From positions 12,344 to 76,343 of the forward strand of contig JAZOML010000016.1 in assembly GCA_045653945.1 (NCBI GenBank): a DNA stretch of 64,000 nt, written 5' to 3'. Of this stretch, positions 58,787 to 64,000 are shown one piece after another; positions within the stretch are counted from its first letter, which is position 1, and the number at the start of each line of letters is the position of its first letter. Made by a program: the position numbers and the translations under genes. The notes beneath the pieces are model-generated. The model had not been told where the DNA came from and did no database searches. It saw only the letters and a program-made list of their open reading frames with translations. The stretch comes from Eubacteriales bacterium (GTDB lineage Bacteria > Bacillota > Clostridia > Oscillospirales > CAG-272).

Positions 58787-59473
58787 TTATTTTTTCTTCT
58801 TGTTGCCGAATTTTGAGGTAAGCGCAATCTTATCCTCTTCATTTACTCTTATACCCGCAACCGTTGCGTTTTTGAAAATAATTCCCGGCACAACGCAATC
58901 AATTCTGATACTGCAAAAGCGCTTGTTGATTCGGCGGTTGAATTCATCCACCATAAAATCGGTATAGAAAATCGGCTGATCCGCCTCCTCGAACATCTGC
59001 ACAAGTACCTGTGATGCGCACTTACGAAAGCCTGCGGTTATAGCCGATGCGCACTCGGTAAGATTGACAGTACCCTGCGCCTTATCGAAATACTGATAAA
59101 ATGCATAAGGGTCATCAAGCCCCGCAACAAGGGTACCGTTTGCGCCTACGTTGATTTTTGCGCCGTCAAGAAACTTGTAAGTAATGGCAAGTGAGCCGAT
59201 GCCCCACGACATAGCGGTAAACGGGCGGTTGCTGACGTAAAGCACTCTCATTTTTTTACCCAGATGCTCGTTTGGAATAACCCTTGCTAACTTCTTTTTT
59301 ATACAAACACGCAAGCTTTTTACTACCTCGTCCTCAACGATTATAAGGGCGTGATAGTTAAGCGGAACGGAAATCTGCATACCCTCGTCAAAGATAAACG
59401 GTGCGGTCATTTCCATTACACGTCCGCTGTTGACGTCGCGCTCGTCTATGGTTATCAGCTTTTCGTCTGCCAT
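58787..59473 (-). CDS. SPFH/Band-7-like domain protein
   Basis: QISVPLNYHALII, MSWGIG, INVGANG, LDDPYAF resemble the SPFH (Band_7_1) type; similarity judged by eye. Confidence 0.55.
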   Translation of the reverse strand: MADEKLITIDERDVNSGRVMEMTAPFIFDEGMQISVPLNYHALIIVEDEVVKSLRVCIKKKLARVIPNEHLGKKMRVLYVSNRPFTAMSWGIGSLAITYKFLDGAKINVGANGTLVAGLDDPYAFYQYFDKAQGTVNLTECASAITAGFRKCASQVLVQMFEEADQPIFYTDFMVDEFNRRINKRFCSIRIDCVVPGIIFKNATVAGIRVNEEDKIALTSKFGNKKKK

Positions 59474-59588
59474 AAAGCTCCCCCCTAAAAACATATTTTC
59501 TCACATTTTATATTTTATAATAAATATAAGCAAATGTCAAGTGAATTTATATAAAAATACCTTCTTTACCTTCAAAAGCGAGCAAATC

Positions 59589-59612
59589 AAAAACGCACCC
59601 GAAGGTGCGTTT
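59589..59612 (-). terminator. Intrinsic terminator after the HAD gene
   Basis: CGCACC-cgaa-GGTGCG with a T5 tract on the minus strand. Confidence 0.7.
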
Positions 59613-59614
59613 CG

Positions 59615-60355
59615 TTATATTTTAAATATTTCAAGGGGGACGTCAGTTAAAATTCCACCCGTTTCCCTTGCAAGCTCGGGCGAAAACGCATAGCGTACCC
59701 CCGCCTTGCCCAGCATATCGGCATCGTCGCTTACAACGTCGCCCGCCGCCACTGTTTCTCCCGAAAGCACACCCGCACGCATCATAAGGTCGGATAGCGC
59801 CGCCCCCTTAGAGGCAAATCGGTTTATGTACTCCTCAAGACCGTTGCGTGAATACCAAAGCTTCAGTCCGTTTGGTGCACGTCCGAAAATCGGTTCGTTT
59901 CCAACGCCAAGAAAGGAAATTTTGTAAATAGGGCGCTTAACCTGAGTCATACAGGTAATTTTCGTTACCCCTCCGTGCTCACGGCAAAGCTCATCATACC
60001 GTCCGTTTTGGTCGCCGTATATGTAGACCTCAGCATCGCCCGAAAGCATAACGGCAACGCCTCTATCCCTTGCGGCTTTGAGCGCCAAAATTACGTTTTC
60101 TGCGCTGACGGGCTTACTGTAATGCGTTTTTCCGCCTTTAATTCCAACCGCACCGCCGCAGCAGTAATAGTAAATTTCCTCACTGTCAATCGGAAAAGGC
60201 ACACGCAAGGACGGGTAGCTTCTTCCGGTTATGATAGCAACCTTAACACCCTTGTTAAGTGCCGTTTTTATAGCGTTTTCAACCTCGGTGGATATTCGCT
60301 TTTCGCCTCTGGGCAAAAGTGTTCCGTCAAGGTCGCTTGCAATTAATTTTATCAT
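59615..60355 (-). CDS. Cof-like HAD-superfamily hydrolase
   Basis: IASDLDGTLL, IITGRS, SKGAAL, AAGDVVSDDADML. Confidence 0.85.
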   Translation of the reverse strand: MIKLIASDLDGTLLPRGEKRISTEVENAIKTALNKGVKVAIITGRSYPSLRVPFPIDSEEIYYYCCGGAVGIKGGKTHYSKPVSAENVILALKAARDRGVAVMLSGDAEVYIYGDQNGRYDELCREHGGVTKITCMTQVKRPIYKISFLGVGNEPIFGRAPNGLKLWYSRNGLEEYINRFASKGAALSDLMMRAGVLSGETVAAGDVVSDDADMLGKAGVRYAFSPELARETGGILTDVPLEIFKI

Positions 60356-60357
60356 CC

Positions 60358-60408
60358 GCTTTTCGAGAAAAGCTTGGCAAAAGCTTCTCTCACAACGCCT
60401 CCGTCGTG
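60358..60408 (+). repeat. Family A copy 10 (2 nt before the HAD ATG)
   Basis: GCTTTTC-ga-GAAAAGC-TTGGCAAAAGCTT-CTCTCACAACGCCTCCGTCGTG. Confidence 0.85.
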
Positions 60409-60455
60409 TTTAGTTTAAATTTATCGTTTTAATTTGTGAAAGAATTTAATTAATA

Positions 60456-60479
60456 TTTCGCTGTCGGGCGTTCCCGACC
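60456..60479 (+). repeat. Family C 24-mer, copy 2
   Basis: Identical to 8723-8746. Confidence 0.8.
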
Positions 60480-60509
60480 GCCGTCATTTGCCTATCGGTG
60501 CTTACCAAC

Positions 60510-60947
60510 TTATTTGCTACCCGTCGAACCAAATCCGCCCGCACCGCGTACGGTATCGGAAAGCTCGTCTACCTCGGCGTACTCAACGGGAATATAAGGC
60601 GCAACAACCATCTGTGCAATTCTTTCACCGCACTCAAAGGTTTGCGGCTCAGTTCCGTGATTGTGGAGCGCAACTTTTATCTCGCCACGATAGTCGCAGT
60701 CGATAACTCCGACCTTGTTTGCAGGCGCAAGTCCCTTTTTACAAGCCATACCGCTTCTTGCATAAACAAGACCAACCGTACCCTCGGGAAGCTCAACCGC
60801 TATACCCGTACCTATAAATTTTGTTTCGTTTGGTGCGATAGTAACCTCTCCGTCAGTAACTGCGTAAAGGTCAGCACCGGCAGCATAAGGGCTGCCGTAG
60901 GTGGGCATTTTTGCCCTTTCATCAAGCTTTTTAAAGTTAACTTTCAT
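60510..60947 (-). CDS. dut: dUTP diphosphatase
   Basis: AAGADL, ARSG, GVIDCDYRGE, RIAQ, RGAGGFGSTG. Confidence 0.97.
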   Translation of the reverse strand: MKVNFKKLDERAKMPTYGSPYAAGADLYAVTDGEVTIAPNETKFIGTGIAVELPEGTVGLVYARSGMACKKGLAPANKVGVIDCDYRGEIKVALHNHGTEPQTFECGERIAQMVVAPYIPVEYAEVDELSDTVRGAGGFGSTGSK

Positions 60948-60952
60948 TTTTT

Positions 60953-61000
60953 CACACTTTCTGAAGAAAGTGTGGCAAAGACTTCTCTTACTACGCTTCC
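60953..61000 (+). repeat. Family A copy 11 (5 nt before the dut ATG)
   Basis: CACACTTTCT-ga-AGAAAGTGTG-GCAAAGACTT-CTCTTACTACGCTTCC. Confidence 0.85.
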
Positions 61001-61020
61001 TTCAACGTTTTATTTAAATT

Positions 61021-61560
61021 TTATAGCTTTTCGTCCTTAAGCCCTTCCCAGAAGCAGATTTCACCCGCTTTTTCGGTTTTGCGAAGGTCGATAATTCTTT
61101 GATTCATTGAGCCTCTAAAACGAAGCCGCAGGTTTTTCTTTTCCGCCACAAAGCGTCCGTCAACAAGAAAATCAATCATTGACAGCATCTCGTCCGTAAC
61201 CTCGCAACGAGCCCTGCTCTCGCTTTTTAATTCCTTATCGTAAAGATAACCCGTATAGCACCAAACGTCCTTTTCGGGACACTCCTTTTTAAAACGGCGG
61301 AGCAGCTTAACAAGCTCCCTTTGGTTGCAGGGCTCAAACGGTTCGCCGCCAAGAAGCGACAGTCCGTCTATTCTGGGATTAGACACAAGCTCAATAACCG
61401 TATCCTCGATTTCCTTTGTGTACGGCTGACCGTATTCAAAATCCCAAGCCTCAGCGTTAAAGCACTCGGGACAGTGGTGCGTACAACCCGAAACAAACAG
61501 TGAAACTCTTATTCCCTCGCCGTTTGCAACGTCATAATTTTTTATATTAGCGTAATTCAT
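61021..61560 (-). CDS. nrdG: Anaerobic ribonucleotide reductase activating enzyme
   Basis: DVANGEGIRVSLFVSGCTHHCPECFN, LGGEP, LVDGRF, FRGSMNQR. Confidence 0.96.
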   Translation of the reverse strand: MNYANIKNYDVANGEGIRVSLFVSGCTHHCPECFNAEAWDFEYGQPYTKEIEDTVIELVSNPRIDGLSLLGGEPFEPCNQRELVKLLRRFKKECPEKDVWCYTGYLYDKELKSESRARCEVTDEMLSMIDFLVDGRFVAEKKNLRLRFRGSMNQRIIDLRKTEKAGEICFWEGLKDEKL

Positions 61561-61573
61561 AACTTTTCCTTAA

Positions 61574-61601
61574 ATAAAGGCGAACAAATGTCCGCCTTTA
61601 T
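61574..61601. other. Intercistronic hairpin between nrdD and nrdG
   Basis: ATAAAGGCG / CGCCTTTAT arms. Confidence 0.5.
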
Positions 61602-61614
61602 ATTTTGCTATTTA

Positions 61615-63741
61615 TTAGATGTGAAGCACACGTGCTCCGATTTCCTTTGTCTTACCTACGTTCCAGAAGTTTTCACCGAGGTATCCGCAGGTACGACGTG
61701 TAACGTTCATCTTTGCGTGGTCCTTGTTTCCACAAGCGGGACACTCCCACTCGCCGTCCTTGTTGATAATGATTTCGCCGTCAAAGCCGCACTCGTGGCA
61801 GTAGTCGCTCTTAGTGTTGAACTCAGCGTACTGAATATTATCGTAGATAAACTTAACGATTTCAGCCAGAGCCTTGAGATTGTGGCGCATATTCGGGATT
61901 TCAACGTAAGAAATAGCTCCGCCGGACGAAATGGTCTGGAACTGGCTCTCAAAGTCGAACTTGGAGAACGCATCAATTTCCTCACGGACGTCAACGTGGT
62001 AGGAGTTGGTGTAGTATCCCTTATCGGTAATATCCTTGATAGTACCGTAAAGTTTCTTGTCAATTCTTGCAAAGCGGTAGCAAAGCGACTCAGCAGGAGT
62101 ACCGTAAAGTGCAAAGCCAAGTCCCGTATCAGCCTTCCACTTGTCAGTAGCGGCTCTCAGACGCTTCATAACGCGAAGCGCAAATTCCTTACCCTTTTCG
62201 GTGGTGTGGCTCTCTCCGGTCATCGCAACGGTAACCTCGTAAAGACCGATGTAACCAAGCGAAAGCGTGGAATATCCGCCGTAGAGGAACTTGTCAATGG
62301 TTTCGCCCTTCTTAAGACGTGCGATAGCGCCGTACTGCCAGTGAACAGGGGAAACGTCGCTCGTTACACCCTGAAGCGAACGGTGTCTGCACATAAGAGC
62401 CTCGTAGCAGAGGTTAAGTCTTTCGTCCATAAGCTCCCAGAAAATCTTTTCGTCGCCCTTAGCGAGAATACCGATTTGAGGAAGGTTAATGGAAACAACG
62501 CCCTGATTGAAGCGTCCCTCGAACTTAAAGTTGCCGTTTTCGTCCTTCCAGGGAGAGAGGAAGGAGCGGCAGCCCATAGGACTGAATACGTTTTCGTCGT
62601 AGTTTTCACGCATCTTCTTTGCGGAGATGTAGTCGGGATACATTCTCTTTGCGGAGCACTTGACCGCAAGCTCGGTGATGTAGTCGTACTTGCCGCCCTT
62701 TAAGCAGTTGTGCTCGTCAAGAACGTAAACAAGCTTGGGGAACGCAGGAGTAATGTAAACTCCCTGCTCATTCTTGATGCCGACAAGACGCTGATTGAGA
62801 ATTTCCTCGATAATCTGAGCATTTTCCTCAATATACGGATCGTCCTTGTCAAGATTTAAGAACAGAGTTACAAAGGGGGACTGACCGTTGGTGGTCATAA
62901 GGGTATTGATTTGGTACTGAATAGTTTGAACACCCGAGCGAAGCTCGTCCTTGGTTCTTTCCTTTGCAAGCTTGTCGATTATCTCGTCGGGAATACCCTC
63001 TCCAACGCTCTCTTTTATGCTGCACTTAAATTTCTCGTAGCTCTTGCGCAAATACTTACCAAGGTGGTGAATATCAACACTTTGTCCGCCGTACTGCGAG
63101 CTTGCAACCGAAGCGATTATCTGAGTTACAATGGTACAAGCAACTTGGAAGCTCTTGGGGCTCTCAATGAGCTTTCCGTTCATAACGGTTCCGTTGTCGA
63201 GCATATTTCCAACGTCGATAAGACAGCAGTTAAAAATAGGCTGCAGGAAATAGTCTGCATCGTGGAAGTGAAGCACACCGTCGTCGTGCGCCTTGGAAAT
63301 CTTCTCAGGAAGAAGTACACGGCGGGTAAGGTCCTTGGAAACCTCGCCTGCGATAAGGTCGCGCTGTGTTGCCGCAGCGATTGCGTTCTTGTTGGAGTTT
63401 TCCTCCATTACGTCCTTATTTGTGTTACGGATAAGACTTAAAATAGAATCGTCCGTTGTGTTAGCCTTACGAACAAGTGCTCTTGAATAACGGTAAATGA
63501 TATAAATTCTCGCAAGCTGATAGTGGCCATACTCCATAAGCTTGTCCTCTATCATATCCTGAATGTCCTCAACGAGCATTCTCTTGCGTTTCTTTCCTTC
63601 TATATATTTAAGTATAGACTCAATCTCCGCCTCACTTGCTCTTTCGTGCTCGTCTACCTCGTTGTTTGCCTTTTGAATAGCAATGATGATTTTGCTTCTA
63701 TCATAGTCAATGATAGTGCCGTCTCTTTTTACTACCTGCAT
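61615..63741 (-). CDS. nrdD: Anaerobic (class III) ribonucleoside-triphosphate reductase with ATP cone
   Basis: VVKRDG ATP cone, NCCL, MGCRS, GRFNQGVVSINL, YGTPAESL, RRTCGYLG glycyl-radical motif. ATG 63741 has AGAGGAG upstream. Confidence 0.96.
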   Translation of the reverse strand: MQVVKRDGTIIDYDRSKIIIAIQKANNEVDEHERASEAEIESILKYIEGKKRKRMLVEDIQDMIEDKLMEYGHYQLARIYIIYRYSRALVRKANTTDDSILSLIRNTNKDVMEENSNKNAIAAATQRDLIAGEVSKDLTRRVLLPEKISKAHDDGVLHFHDADYFLQPIFNCCLIDVGNMLDNGTVMNGKLIESPKSFQVACTIVTQIIASVASSQYGGQSVDIHHLGKYLRKSYEKFKCSIKESVGEGIPDEIIDKLAKERTKDELRSGVQTIQYQINTLMTTNGQSPFVTLFLNLDKDDPYIEENAQIIEEILNQRLVGIKNEQGVYITPAFPKLVYVLDEHNCLKGGKYDYITELAVKCSAKRMYPDYISAKKMRENYDENVFSPMGCRSFLSPWKDENGNFKFEGRFNQGVVSINLPQIGILAKGDEKIFWELMDERLNLCYEALMCRHRSLQGVTSDVSPVHWQYGAIARLKKGETIDKFLYGGYSTLSLGYIGLYEVTVAMTGESHTTEKGKEFALRVMKRLRAATDKWKADTGLGFALYGTPAESLCYRFARIDKKLYGTIKDITDKGYYTNSYHVDVREEIDAFSKFDFESQFQTISSGGAISYVEIPNMRHNLKALAEIVKFIYDNIQYAEFNTKSDYCHECGFDGEIIINKDGEWECPACGNKDHAKMNVTRRTCGYLGENFWNVGKTKEIGARVLHI

Positions 63742-63790
63742 TTCAGTATCTCCTCTCTTTTTTGTATATATGTTATGGGGCAAATTATCA

Positions 63791-63819
63791 AGTATATCTA
63801 TTATATCCTACCTTGTCAA
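63791..63819 (-). promoter_or_regulatory. Sigma-A promoter of nrdDG
   Basis: TTGACA-17 nt-TATACT. Confidence 0.6.
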
Positions 63820-63844
63820 TATTTAATGTTGCATTTGCAACACT

Positions 63845-63892
63845 TCGCTATATCTTGTGTTTTTTCTTGCATTTTCAACATATATCTTGTAT
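63845..63892. promoter_or_regulatory. Tandem NrdR boxes
   Basis: TCGCTATATCTTGTGT (63845-63860) and AACATATATCTTGTAT (63877-63892) fit acaCwAtATaTwGtgt, 32 bp apart, upstream of nrdD. Confidence 0.75.
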
Positions 63893-63956
63893 GCAAACCG
63901 TCATTTTAACTATTTTCAAAATGTTGAATTTTTCCACAAAAACAGTTGTTTGCCCT

Positions 63957-63979
63957 AAAAAAGCTCCGCAAAAACTTTT
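63957..63979 (+). repeat. Family A copy 12 (left hairpin arm lost)
   Basis: AAAAAAGCTCCGCAAAAACTTTT. Confidence 0.55.
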
Positions 63980-64000
63980 GTATAATCTCGGCTCAGCACA

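Overview
Mostly housekeeping chromosome of a spore-forming anaerobic Firmicute (Clostridia-like; the taxonomy is inferred from gene content). In order: Zn-type ABC transporter (window starts inside znuA); AraC regulator divergent from YgjV plus DUF5054; sigma-K-type sleC cortex-lysis operon; small DUF4279/XRE/AbrB cassette; Gfo/Idh/MocA oxidoreductase; pcrA; the SRP RNA-dnaX-ybaB-recR block; dCMP deaminase-LMW phosphatase-rimI-tsaD; icd; Rex-like/DnaD/DnaC-like/ROK genes; a GldAFG-like ABC operon with DUF4340 and a PPIase; glmM-GlmU-like-nagB; nifJ; DUF421/DUF4363; the TIGR03936/TIGR03960 pair; a 1002-aa pseudo-P-type ATPase; rlmB; a zinc-ribbon protein; a SigH-like sigma factor; DUF4364; an orphan OppA; a GltD-like oxidoreductase; ilvBNCDE; SPFH; HAD; dut; nrdDG with NrdR boxes. 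I saw no transposase, integrase, CRISPR array, tRNA or rRNA. The most unusual signal is non-coding. A dispersed palindromic element with co-varying arms occurs 12 times, mostly abutting start or stop codons (family A). A second 26-nt hairpin is fused to three TAA stops (family B). There is also a 123-bp tandem array, an SRP RNA with a non-GNRA helix-8 loop, and a Val/Leu-rich mini-ORF with a terminator-like hairpin inside the ilv operon. All family assignments come from motif recognition by eye; no database searches were run.
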